A program made the translations under genes and the position numbers. Below are positions 50,235-59,075 of a stretch of 64,000 bases of DNA, in pieces. A model generated the notes under the pieces. That model searched no databases, was not told where the DNA came from, and saw only the letters and a program-made list of their open reading frames with translations. How positions within the stretch are numbered: the first letter of the stretch is position 1; each line of letters begins with the position of its first letter. Origin of the DNA: Paenibacillus swuensis (GTDB lineage Bacteria > Bacillota > Bacilli > Paenibacillales > DY6); contig NZ_CP011388.1 in the NCBI RefSeq assembly GCF_001644605.1, positions 326,440 through 390,439 on the forward strand, in the 5' to 3' direction.

Positions 50235-50553
50235 CTTGAACGTCGATCAGGAAGATCCGGTCGTTGAATCCTCCGCGTTTCTCTGCTTTAGCCTGACGTA
50301 GTTGTTCCAATTGTTGAGGTGTGGAGCCGTGAACGGCGGTCAACGCATGAACAAGCTCAAGCAAATCTGCTAACTCCTCAAGGGATTCTAGATCCGTGCC
50401 TGCTTCAAGGTATTCATTGAGCTCTTCCCCAAGTTTGTTGCGAAGTTCTACTACATACTCCGCGTTATCCAGGATGCGTGTGTTATAGGTTTTACCGCTA
50501 TTATTTATAATTTGAGGGATGAGATCCCGGACAAGTTTGTTGTAGGTTGGCAT
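50227..50553 (-). CDS. MazG-like nucleoside-triphosphate pyrophosphohydrolase (small all-alpha NTP-PPase), first gene of the operon
   Basis: 'MPTYNKLVRDLIPQII' matches the MazG/HisE-like 'KLVRDxIPxxI' N-terminus. EExxE metal motif 'LGEELNEYLE'. RBS AAAGGAGATT. AT-rich promoter region upstream (50554-50661). Confidence 0.55.
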   Translation of the reverse strand: MPTYNKLVRDLIPQIINNSGKTYNTRILDNAEYVVELRNKLGEELNEYLEAGTDLESLEELADLLELVHALTAVHGSTPQQLEQLRQAKAEKRGGFNDRIFLIDVQDA

Positions 50554-50661
50554 GGTGTAATCTCCTTTATTATGCGTCTAATGAACTATGTAAGGACTAT
50601 ATTCGACAAGATCGCCTATTATCCTTTTATCACCAGTTAAAGAGTTTATTCCCTCCCACAC

Positions 50662-51900
50662 CTACCCCCGCCGCCTACTCCGATACTTCTGTGCATGCAG
50701 CTCTTTCCGCATCCCAGCCGAATACTCGAAGTTCTCGAGCTTCTCATACAACAGCTGCGACTCCTCGCGTAGCACCACGTTGTCCGTCAGGATCGCCTGT
50801 GCCAGCAACGCATCCGCCTGATGCTTAAGGATCTCCTGCCCCTCGTTCAACTCACCGCTGTCGAATGCGTGCATCGCCCGCTCGATTGCCTCGGCGCTTT
50901 TTGTAATCTGAACTTGTTGATCAACGTAGGGGTTCGCGGGTTGGTCCAGAAGGTCCACATTTTGCGTATAATGCGCCTGGATGTCCATGTTCTCTTCTAC
51001 CGCTTGCACGGTTCCTGTCACGTCCATGTACTGTAACGCTGCGCCCAACACTCTGTGGATGCCGGCCGATTGGCGGGTAGAGCTGATCTCGATCAATAAC
51101 GATTTCACCTCATGATGATACAGGTCGCCTAACTGGAACGTGAGTTTGTTAGAATCACCCGCCGGAATGCCGTAAATATTCATGATGCAGACATGGGGTT
51201 CGGGGGTGAGTTGGAGTTGGAGATTTTGCGCGAGAACGGTGAGGAGTCCTTCCAGTTCCTTATGAAAGATAAAAGGAATCCGCTCCGCCTTATCAATATA
51301 GTAGAAGTTCCCGCCGCCGTTCTCGCTGATTGCTTCCAGCACCTCTTCGTCGAAGTTCTCGCCCACACCCATGGTGGTCACGCCGATGCCCGCGGTTACA
51401 TACTCTTTGGCGATACTGCCCAGTTTCTCCGGTTCGATAATCCCACGGTTCGCTTGGCCGTCAGACAGCAGGATCACCCGGTTCACGTACCCTTCCCGCT
51501 TGTTCATCGCTACATACTGCAGCCCTTTCAACAACCCGCCGCTTATGTTCGTGCAACCGCCCGGCTGGATCGTCTGGATTCTCCGCTTCAACTCGGACTT
51601 GCGCTCGGCGAACTGTGGCTCGAACACCGTACTCACCTCATCCTCGAACGTCACCATACTGAGCATATCCCCCTCGTTCATCTGGTCGACCACGAACTGG
51701 CAGGCTTTCTTGCTGTACTCCAACGGGTTCCCCGACATGGATCCGCTCCGGTCCAACACCAGGCAGAGGTTCAGCGGCGCGCGCTCCTTGACCTTCTTAT
51801 CTCCAATGCCTTTCATCTCCAGCAACAGATACTCCTTCTCCACACCCGCTTCCGGCCAAAAAGGGCGATTCCAAGCATACGTAAACTGTACAGGTTTCAT
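50662..51900 (-). CDS. von Willebrand factor type A (VWA) domain protein
   Basis: MIDAS motif 'LVLDRSGSMSG', then …ILLSDGQANRG…. GC-rich, so part of the core genome adjacent to the island. Confidence 0.75.
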   Translation of the reverse strand: MKPVQFTYAWNRPFWPEAGVEKEYLLLEMKGIGDKKVKERAPLNLCLVLDRSGSMSGNPLEYSKKACQFVVDQMNEGDMLSMVTFEDEVSTVFEPQFAERKSELKRRIQTIQPGGCTNISGGLLKGLQYVAMNKREGYVNRVILLSDGQANRGIIEPEKLGSIAKEYVTAGIGVTTMGVGENFDEEVLEAISENGGGNFYYIDKAERIPFIFHKELEGLLTVLAQNLQLQLTPEPHVCIMNIYGIPAGDSNKLTFQLGDLYHHEVKSLLIEISSTRQSAGIHRVLGAALQYMDVTGTVQAVEENMDIQAHYTQNVDLLDQPANPYVDQQVQITKSAEAIERAMHAFDSGELNEGQEILKHQADALLAQAILTDNVVLREESQLLYEKLENFEYSAGMRKELHAQKYRSRRRG

Positions 51901-52015
51901 AGGTACATTCCTCCATTTTTATGTCTTTGCACCCATCTTACCTGAGACTTATGTCACGGGGATGTCAGAGATCATATGTTCTTGCCTATATAAAAATAAA
52001 AACCCCGGATCGGGG

Positions 52016-52180
52016 TTAAAGTTCTCTCGATTTCCATAGACCATAGATTCCCGCCGATAAACTGAAAATGATACAGAATATATTAAAAGCCTTCTCAAAC
52101 GGAGACATCCAAGTATCATGGAGAAAGATGAGTGAAATGCCGCTCGCCAGTGCCAGTATAGGTAGTAGTCGTTCAGACAT
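52016..52180 (-). CDS. Small two-TM membrane protein (hypothetical)
   Basis: ORF 52016..52237. Plausible start is M at 52180 (MSERLLPILALASGISLIFLH…FCIIFSLSAGIYGLW). Two hydrophobic helices. Weak call. Confidence 0.35.
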   Translation of the reverse strand: MSERLLPILALASGISLIFLHDTWMSPFEKAFNIFCIIFSLSAGIYGLWKSREL

Positions 52181-52328
52181 CCTATGACCTCCTTTCGTAC
52201 TTGCTGATATAATGATCTTACACAACACTTTTGACAACTGTATGTCATCAGATCATGCGTTCGCTGACAACCCAACGTCTCATTTCCCTGCTATAATAGA
52301 CCTATATACATATACCTTGGGCCAAAGG

Positions 52329-53033
52329 ATGATGACCTTGAAGTTTATCATTTATGATCTGGAGTTTACGGTGCTGCGGAACAGGCAGCATCTGTCGGAG
52401 ATTATTGAGTGGGGCGCGGTGATGATGCGCGTGGATGAGGCCGGCGGTGAGCTCTATATGGCGGATTTGTTCCACACCCATGTACGTCCGCGCAATCATC
52501 CGAATCTGTCGCAGATGACCCAGCAGTTTACTGGCATCACGCAAGAAGATATGAAGGATGCCCCTTCCTTTCAAGAGGCCGTGGAACAATTCCGTGAATG
52601 GGCGGGTTCGGACGAGGAGTACTTCCTGTGTTCCTGGGGCAACGACGACCGGTTCCAACTCATGCGCCATTGCAAAGACCAGCAGATGGACCTGACCTGG
52701 ATCGCAAACCACAACGACCTACAATACTCATTTACCAAGAAACACAGTGAAGACACCCGCCAACGCTATGGTCTCAAAAGAGCGCTTGAACTGCTGGACT
52801 TCCCCTTCACCGGACGGCAACACTCGGGGCTGGATGACGCGTTCAATACGGCGAAGATTTTCCGTCACCTTTACCCGGAGCTGAAGCTGGAGCGCAACAT
52901 CGCTTCCGAGGAGCAATTGGTTGCATCCGAGACGGTGTACAGCACGGAGGAACCGGAAGGCAATTTCCCGCTTAGCGGATTGAGCGCCCTGCTCAACTTG
53001 AAGATCGACAAAGAGCCTATGCCTTCGGCATAA
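52329..53033 (+). CDS. DEDDh 3'-5' exonuclease (KapD/ERI-1-like)
   Basis: ORF 52212..53033. Likely start ATG 52329/52332 (MMTLKFIIYDLEFTV…). Exo I 'YDLEF', Exo II 'WGNDDRF', Exo III 'HSGLDDAFN'. Confidence 0.65.
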   Translation: MMTLKFIIYDLEFTVLRNRQHLSEIIEWGAVMMRVDEAGGELYMADLFHTHVRPRNHPNLSQMTQQFTGITQEDMKDAPSFQEAVEQFREWAGSDEEYFLCSWGNDDRFQLMRHCKDQQMDLTWIANHNDLQYSFTKKHSEDTRQRYGLKRALELLDFPFTGRQHSGLDDAFNTAKIFRHLYPELKLERNIASEEQLVASETVYSTEEPEGNFPLSGLSALLNLKIDKEPMPSA

Positions 53034-53065
53034 GCTCTTTTCTTTGTGCGCGTTTATGCAGCTGT

Positions 53066-53893
53066 TTACGCTTTATAAATCAGAGGATTCAGCACGCTGT
53101 TCACTTCATCCCCCGGCTGCAAGCCCGGCATCCAAGTCCGCAAATCACCCTTGCGCGCGTTCGTGTCCGGCTCAATGACTTTAGTGCCGTCCTTGACGTA
53201 GATGACGGTCATCACTTCCCGCGTGTTCGGCGTCGGGTTGCCCGGCGCGCTGTGCAGCGTCCATCCCGCATGGAACGTGGCATCCCCGGCGGTCATCGCG
53301 CCATAACACACTTGCGGCAGATTCTCACCTTCGATGTACTGTTTCAGCGTCTGGTGGGATTGATCGGAAATCTCCAGCTTGCTGATATACCCCCGGTGGT
53401 GCGAGCCAGAGACGAAGGTCATGGATCCCACTTCCTCGGGAATATCCACGAGCGGCATCCACAACGTAATGGTCTGGTCCGTATCGACCGGCCAGTAGAT
53501 CTGATCCTGATGCCACGGCGTATGTCCGCCGCCCGGTTCCTTGAACAGCGCCTGGTCATGGTACATCCGAACACCGTATACCCCCATCAACTCCGCTGCT
53601 ACTTTCGCAAACCGCCGGGCGAGGACGAAGGACCTTAGCTTGTCGCTTTTTTCCCACAAATTCTGTATCTGCAGAAAAGCCTTCCCATACGTATCCCGCT
53701 CCTCCAAAGGCCGCGTTTCCCGGTTCAGCCGAATCACTTCCTCTTGAATGACGGGTCTGTATGCTTCCACCAGGGGGCGTGACGCGAGCTTCGGCAACAG
53801 GATATGTCCCTGCGCCTGGTAAGCTTGAATCTGCTCCGCGGTTAATGTATAGTCCTGCTGTAATTCTTCGTTAAGTTGAATAATCTCGTTCAT
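53066..53893 (-). CDS. Phytanoyl-CoA dioxygenase (PhyH)-family oxygenase
   Basis: '…HTPWHQDQIYWP…LWMPLVDIPEE…' with an HxD…H pattern. Paralogue of the 4210-5046 gene. Confidence 0.7.
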   Translation of the reverse strand: MNEIIQLNEELQQDYTLTAEQIQAYQAQGHILLPKLASRPLVEAYRPVIQEEVIRLNRETRPLEERDTYGKAFLQIQNLWEKSDKLRSFVLARRFAKVAAELMGVYGVRMYHDQALFKEPGGGHTPWHQDQIYWPVDTDQTITLWMPLVDIPEEVGSMTFVSGSHHRGYISKLEISDQSHQTLKQYIEGENLPQVCYGAMTAGDATFHAGWTLHSAPGNPTPNTREVMTVIYVKDGTKVIEPDTNARKGDLRTWMPGLQPGDEVNSVLNPLIYKA

Positions 53894-53953
53894 GCGTATC
53901 CACTCCTTGAGCTCTGATTAACCCCATGATACTATGGATTTATTCGTATAGCT

Positions 53954-54898
53954 TTGCAGAATGGAGGCATAAAGTTGGACTTTTCCGATATCCCAAAGAA
54001 TGCTCCCCAGACCTATCCGATCCTTCGGGAAACCGACTTCGGCGAGGTATCCCCGAGCGTCCATTGGGCGCAGCTGCATACGACGCGCAAGAAGCAGGAG
54101 TATCCGCTTCGGCGCATCTATGATCACGAGCTGCTGCTCTTGCTGGACGGCCGTCTGACCGCGCGCATCCACGATCGGGAGTTCAGCCTGTCTTCAGGCG
54201 AGCTTCTATTCATCCCCGCCGGTGTACCGCACGAGCTCCGTGTGCATTCGGAGGAGGCTTTGTTTTTGGGGGTGCATTTTGACTATTATGATGAGTTGGA
54301 GATTGCGTATGATTTGGATATTATCGTGGATGAACGGTCGCCCCGAGTGGAGGATTTCTGCGCGGAGGCGGTGATGCCGGGTTGTTCGCCTTGGAGCGCG
54401 AGCCCGGTGCTGCCTTACAGTTCGGAAATTCTGGCGGACATGCAGCGCCTGATTCGCGAATTCGGTTCGAAGCTGCCCGGCACACCCGCCGTATGCAAAG
54501 GGTTGATGCTCCAGATCCTCACGGGATTGTACCGCATGCAGATGGATCAGGCGCAAGCGCTGCCCCCGAATGCCGGGGAACGCTTGTCCGTTGTGACTTC
54601 GTGGCTGGAAGAGCATTACCGCGAGCCCTGCTCCAACCAGACGCTGGCGCGGCTCATTCATGTACATGAGGACTATATGGCCAAGCTGTTCAAGCAGATG
54701 TACGGGATGACGCCGAACAAGTATCTGCAGTTCATCCGTCATCGGAAGGCGAAGGACCTGCTTCGGCACACGGATCTCACGGTGGAGGAGATCGGACGGG
54801 ATGTGGGTTACGAGGATTTGCATTATTTTAGCCGGACGTTTCGCAAGTGGGAAGGGGTATCGCCGAGGGGCTATCGAAACGCGGATCTGTTCTATTAG
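53954..54898 (+). CDS. AraC-family transcriptional regulator (cupin sensor + HTH)
   Basis: N-terminal cupin-like region. C-terminal AraC HTH '…LARLIHVHEDYMAKLFKQMYGMTPNKYLQFIRHRKAKDLL…'. Confidence 0.75.
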   Translation: MQNGGIKLDFSDIPKNAPQTYPILRETDFGEVSPSVHWAQLHTTRKKQEYPLRRIYDHELLLLLDGRLTARIHDREFSLSSGELLFIPAGVPHELRVHSEEALFLGVHFDYYDELEIAYDLDIIVDERSPRVEDFCAEAVMPGCSPWSASPVLPYSSEILADMQRLIREFGSKLPGTPAVCKGLMLQILTGLYRMQMDQAQALPPNAGERLSVVTSWLEEHYREPCSNQTLARLIHVHEDYMAKLFKQMYGMTPNKYLQFIRHRKAKDLLRHTDLTVEEIGRDVGYEDLHYFSRTFRKWEGVSPRGYRNADLFY

Positions 54899-54908
54899 CG
54901 TGAAATCA

Positions 54909-55526
54909 TTACTTCTTCAACCCAGCCGCGAAGAACGGACCGTTAGCCATCATAGTCGTCAGGATCCGAGCCATTTCTTGAGGAGACTCCTGCCTGCCGC
55001 TTTCCAACCATTGTTGAATGACTCCTATGATGGCGGTCCCCATGTATGCAGATAAATACATTCCTGGAACCAGTGAATTTTCTTCTTTAATAAACGCGTT
55101 AGAATTATTCCCGTACAGGGTTTCCCACATAAACTCTTTCAATTTCGTATGAAACGATAAATCCCCCCTCGGACCTAAGACAGCTTTCATAAATTCACTG
55201 TTTATATTTAAATACTCAAATAATGAAACGGTTAAGGAGAAGGGTGTTAACGTCTGCGTGTCTGTTTCAAGTGCAGCTATTACATCCGGGAATTCTTGCT
55301 GAGTAATTCTGGACATATCCACCATAATTTCCTCTTCACATTTCGTCAGCAAATCAAATTTGTCTTGATAGTGCGCATAGAATGTACCTCTGTTGATCCT
55401 CGCTCTAACCGTAATATCTTTAACCGTAACGGACTCAAAACCTTGCTCATTGATTAAGTCTACTAATGCTTGCCGAATCGACTCTTTGGTCCGAATGACA
55501 CGTAAATCATGAATATTGCTCCGCAA
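54909..55526 (-). CDS. TetR/AcrR-family transcriptional regulator
   Basis: ORF 54909..55559. Likely TTG start at 55526 with AAAGGAGGAG 7 nt upstream. TetR HTH 'RTKESIRQALVDLINEQGFESVTVKDITVRARINRGTFYAHY'. Confidence 0.75.
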   Translation of the reverse strand: MRSNIHDLRVIRTKESIRQALVDLINEQGFESVTVKDITVRARINRGTFYAHYQDKFDLLTKCEEEIMVDMSRITQQEFPDVIAALETDTQTLTPFSLTVSLFEYLNINSEFMKAVLGPRGDLSFHTKLKEFMWETLYGNNSNAFIKEENSLVPGMYLSAYMGTAIIGVIQQWLESGRQESPQEMARILTTMMANGPFFAAGLKK

Positions 55527-55741
55527 GAAAACTCCTCCTTTACATTTTACCCAACACATTGATTACAGGTGTTCCGTAACCAACACATTCGCCATTATTA
55601 GTGATTGAACAGAATCGGTTTCGGTCCTATACTTTGACTTGTAATAAACAACAGGTTGTTCATTATTATATCTTATTCGTTTCAAAATAAGTAAAATGTT
55701 TCACCCCAAATTGGGAATAATGAAAGGAAGGTAGATGGACC

Positions 55742-57436
55742 ATGAACAAATTTTTAGGTAATTCTTCAGCAGTCCTTACAAATTCGGAGGATGTTCAACC
55801 AGGCTTGAACAACATCGTCATAGATACAGTGCATTACGGGTATCAGGAAATGATTATGGAGAAAGATGTCCCCGTTGTCATGCGTGACGGCGTGACTCTT
55901 TATGTGAATGTAACCCGTCCAAATAAACCTGGAACATTCCCTGTTGTGATGTCAGCGGACACCTATGGGAAAGATAACAAACCGAAAATCACGAACATGG
56001 GACCGATTTGGCCCACTTTAGGTCCGATTCCCACATCCAAATTTACACCGGAAGAATCACCGGACCCTGGTTTCTGGGTACCCAATGATTACGTTGTAGT
56101 GAAAGTGGCGCTTCGCGGCAGTGCTAAATCGGAAGGCGCGCTCTACCCTTGGTCACGTCTGGAAGCAGAAGACTATGCCGAAGTGATTGAATGGGCGGGT
56201 GTACAGGAATGGAGTAACGGTAACGTCGGAACCAATGGTGTTTCTTATCTGGCCGTAACCCAATGGTGGGCTGCTTCTCTCAATCCGCCACATCTGAAAG
56301 CCATGATCCCTTGGGAAGGTCTTAACGACATGTATCGCGAAATTGCCTTCCATGGCGGGATTCCGGATACAGGCTTCTTCAGATTCTGGTACGACGGTAT
56401 TGTCAGAAGATGGCCCGATAACAACAACATTGAAGACTTGAGAGCCAAACAGCAAGAACATCCCTTATTCGATGAATACTGGCAGGGTAGACAAGTGAAT
56501 CTTACCGATATTCAAGTGCCGATGTTCGTATGCGCAAGCTGGTCAACCCAAGGGTTACACAACAGAGGTACTTTTGAAGGCTTTAAGCAGTCATCATCCG
56601 AGCACAAATGGTTGAAGATTCATGGCCGTAAAGAATGGGAAACTTATTATACCCGGGAATCATTGGAGCAGCAAAAACAATTTTTTGACTATTTCTTAAA
56701 AGGAATCGAGAACGACTGGATGGATACGCCGCGTGTATCTTATGAAGTGAGAGATACATTCTATCAAGGTCATAATCAGGTGGGCACGGCTTGGCCATTA
56801 GCGGACACAATGTATAAGAAGTTATATCTCAATGGCTCAGCGATGACATTAGACGAACAACAACCTGAAGAATCCACGAAAGTTTCTTATGACAGCGAAG
56901 CGGTAGCAGCTCATCAAGATGAAGTGAGATTCAGCACAACATTCGATACAGATACCGAATTGACGGGTAACATGAAACTGAAATTATGGGTTTCCGCGGA
57001 GGATGCGGATGATATGGATCTGTTCGTTGGGATCAAAAAATTAAATCGCCGCGGTGACGAAGTGTATTTTCCTGATTTTAATCATATTGAAAACGGTCAA
57101 GTCGCCACTGGTTGGTTACGCGTATCTCATCGTGAATTGGATATGGATAAATCAACGGAGGCACAACCTTGGTTAAAACATGAGAGAACCCTGAAATTAA
57201 AAGATCAGGAAATCGTCCCGGTCGAAATCGAAATCTTGCCTTCAGGTACACATTTCAAAGCGGGAGAACGTATTGAAGTTGTTGTTAAAGGCAGCGAGGT
57301 TGTGAAAGGAAGCAGCGCGCCAGGATTGAAAGTGCGTTATGAACATACGGAAACGGTCAACAAAGGAACGCATGTGATTTACACCGGTGGAAAGTACGAT
57401 TCTCACCTTTTGGTACCAGTAATTCCAAAGAAATAA
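55742..57436 (+). CDS. CocE/NonD-family alpha/beta hydrolase (X-Pro dipeptidyl-peptidase S15-like)
   Basis: N-terminal alpha/beta-hydrolase region (…VMSADTYGKDN…) and C-terminal beta-sandwich. RBS GAAAGGAAGG. Confidence 0.7.
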   Translation: MNKFLGNSSAVLTNSEDVQPGLNNIVIDTVHYGYQEMIMEKDVPVVMRDGVTLYVNVTRPNKPGTFPVVMSADTYGKDNKPKITNMGPIWPTLGPIPTSKFTPEESPDPGFWVPNDYVVVKVALRGSAKSEGALYPWSRLEAEDYAEVIEWAGVQEWSNGNVGTNGVSYLAVTQWWAASLNPPHLKAMIPWEGLNDMYREIAFHGGIPDTGFFRFWYDGIVRRWPDNNNIEDLRAKQQEHPLFDEYWQGRQVNLTDIQVPMFVCASWSTQGLHNRGTFEGFKQSSSEHKWLKIHGRKEWETYYTRESLEQQKQFFDYFLKGIENDWMDTPRVSYEVRDTFYQGHNQVGTAWPLADTMYKKLYLNGSAMTLDEQQPEESTKVSYDSEAVAAHQDEVRFSTTFDTDTELTGNMKLKLWVSAEDADDMDLFVGIKKLNRRGDEVYFPDFNHIENGQVATGWLRVSHRELDMDKSTEAQPWLKHERTLKLKDQEIVPVEIEILPSGTHFKAGERIEVVVKGSEVVKGSSAPGLKVRYEHTETVNKGTHVIYTGGKYDSHLLVPVIPKK

Positions 57437-57456
57437 TAACGAAAGGGTGACATGTC

Positions 57457-58395
57457 ATGTTAATTACCTATAGATCCTCTCTTGAAGGAACTCTGAACAT
57501 AGCAGAATCATTTGAGAAGAATTGTTGGATTAACATGACCGCTCCTTCCACAGAGGAATTAGCACAGGTATCTCAATTCTGTAATATCCCTATGGAATTC
57601 TTAAGAGATCCGTTAGATTTAGAAGAAACCGCTCGGATTCAATATGATGAAGAGACGAATTGCACCTTAATCATTATTGATTTTCCTACGATCGATATGA
57701 ATTACGATCAATTTGATTCCTATATTACCATTCCGATCGGAATCATCTTGGGTACAGATTACATGGTTACGATCTGCAGCCAGTCCACCGGCTTTCTAGA
57801 AAGTCTGGTCAGGAGAAATGTGAACACGTCCATGAAGAGTCGATTCGCATTAGAAATCTTATTCTTAATTTCAACTCAGTATATTGAGAAATTAAAACAG
57901 CTCAACAAACAACGCCATAAAATTGAGAATAATTTGCGGAATTCCTTAACGAACAAGCAGCTCTATGACCTCATGGAAATTGAGAAAAGTCTGGTGTACT
58001 TTCTAACATCATTGAAGGGTAACGGGGATATTATCACCAAATTATTTCGCACGCATTCCGTAAAGTTATACGAAGAGGACAAAGAACTCCTCGAAGATGT
58101 AATCATTGAAAATAATCAAGGCATAGAGACCACAGAATTATATACCAGAATTCTGAACAGTATAACGGGGTCCTATTCCTCGCTGATCTCGAATGAATTG
58201 AATAACACCATGAAAACTCTTACGAAATTCACAGTCTTCTTAACCCTTCCTACGCTTGTATTTAGTTTTTTCGGTATGAATGTTACCTTACCTATTGCGG
58301 ATCAGTCCCCCTTATCCTGGATGTTTACTTTGATTATAGCCGTCCTGTTTATCGTCTTAATCGGATTAGCCTTCCGGAGAAGGAGGATTTACTAA
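57457..58395 (+). CDS. corA: CorA-family Mg2+/Co2+ transporter
   Basis: C-terminal two TM helices with the 'FFGMNVTLP' GMN motif. Confidence 0.8.
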   Translation: MLITYRSSLEGTLNIAESFEKNCWINMTAPSTEELAQVSQFCNIPMEFLRDPLDLEETARIQYDEETNCTLIIIDFPTIDMNYDQFDSYITIPIGIILGTDYMVTICSQSTGFLESLVRRNVNTSMKSRFALEILFLISTQYIEKLKQLNKQRHKIENNLRNSLTNKQLYDLMEIEKSLVYFLTSLKGNGDIITKLFRTHSVKLYEEDKELLEDVIIENNQGIETTELYTRILNSITGSYSSLISNELNNTMKTLTKFTVFLTLPTLVFSFFGMNVTLPIADQSPLSWMFTLIIAVLFIVLIGLAFRRRRIY

Positions 58396-58412
58396 TTCGT
58401 TACGTATACATT

Positions 58413-58455
58413 AAAAAAAGCAGTCGCTTTTCAATAAAATCGGACTGCTTTTTTT
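58413..58455. terminator. Bidirectional rho-independent terminator
   Basis: AAAAAAAGCAGTCGCTTTTCAATAAAATCGGACTGCTTTTTTT: hairpin flanked by A7 and T8. Lies between corA (+) and the zinc-ribbon gene (-). Confidence 0.6.
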
Positions 58456-58460
58456 ATATT

Positions 58461-58955
58461 TTATCCCGTCAGCACAGCCCCGCAACCGATACAGAACAGC
58501 GAGCCCGGCTCGTTTTCTTTGCCGCAAGAGGCGCACAGCACGGCGACTTTATCCTGCGATGCAGGCACAGCCTCGGTAAATTCCGCATCCGAAGATACCG
58601 CTACAGGCTCATACTTCTTTCCGCACTTGGAGCAGAATGTCGCATCCCCCGGAATCACATGGCCGCAGGTACATACTCGCTCATTCTTCACTTGCAGAAT
58701 CTGCTGTTCCACAACCTGAATCTCCGATTGCAGTTTCACAATTACGCTGCAATACTCGTTTACCGCGGACTCCGAAGACGACAAGTCCCCCGCCTGAAAC
58801 GCCGCGAACACCGCTTGCCCGATCGCCGTGTGGTTACGCTCAATTTCCCGTTCCTTGGAGGAAATCTGCGACTTCAACTTCGTAACCTCCAGCGTTTGCT
58901 GCGCCATTCTGGCGGCGTCGGTTGCGCCTTGCTTCATTTTGTTCAAAAAAGACAT
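58461..58955 (-). CDS. Zinc-ribbon domain protein (coiled-coil N-terminus, two CxxC…CxxC ribbons)
   Basis: '…CTCGHVIPGDATFCSKCGKKY…CASCGKENEPGSLFCIGCGAV'. Confidence 0.55.
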   Translation of the reverse strand: MSFLNKMKQGATDAARMAQQTLEVTKLKSQISSKEREIERNHTAIGQAVFAAFQAGDLSSSESAVNEYCSVIVKLQSEIQVVEQQILQVKNERVCTCGHVIPGDATFCSKCGKKYEPVAVSSDAEFTEAVPASQDKVAVLCASCGKENEPGSLFCIGCGAVLTG

Positions 58956-59075
58956 AATCCCCTCACCCTTCGCTTCATAGTCGTTCTCTTCTTTATTAAC
59001 CCGATTTATATGATTATACCCTACTTGGCCGCAAACAAAATAAGGGAGCCTAAGCCCCCCGCTATTCAGACCTAT

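Larger units (their letters stand above)
35225..50661. other. AT-rich ~15.4-kb defence island (11 minus-strand genes in two operons) inserted between core GC-rich genes
   Basis: Composition drops abruptly from the GC-rich flanks (WYL genes on the left, VWA gene on the right). Content is exclusively R-M/defence genes. No integrase, transposase, tRNA or convincing flanking direct repeat was found. Confidence 0.7.

Noticed and set aside
35225-50661. Search for integrase, transposase, att direct repeats or a tRNA at the island borders
   Set aside because: None found by eye. The short similarity between the junctions is too weak to call.
50662-52180. VWA-domain protein plus small membrane protein as possible additional island defence genes
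   Set aside because: Composition is GC-rich like the host core, not like the AT-rich island. VWA proteins have many housekeeping roles, so they are kept as core genes.
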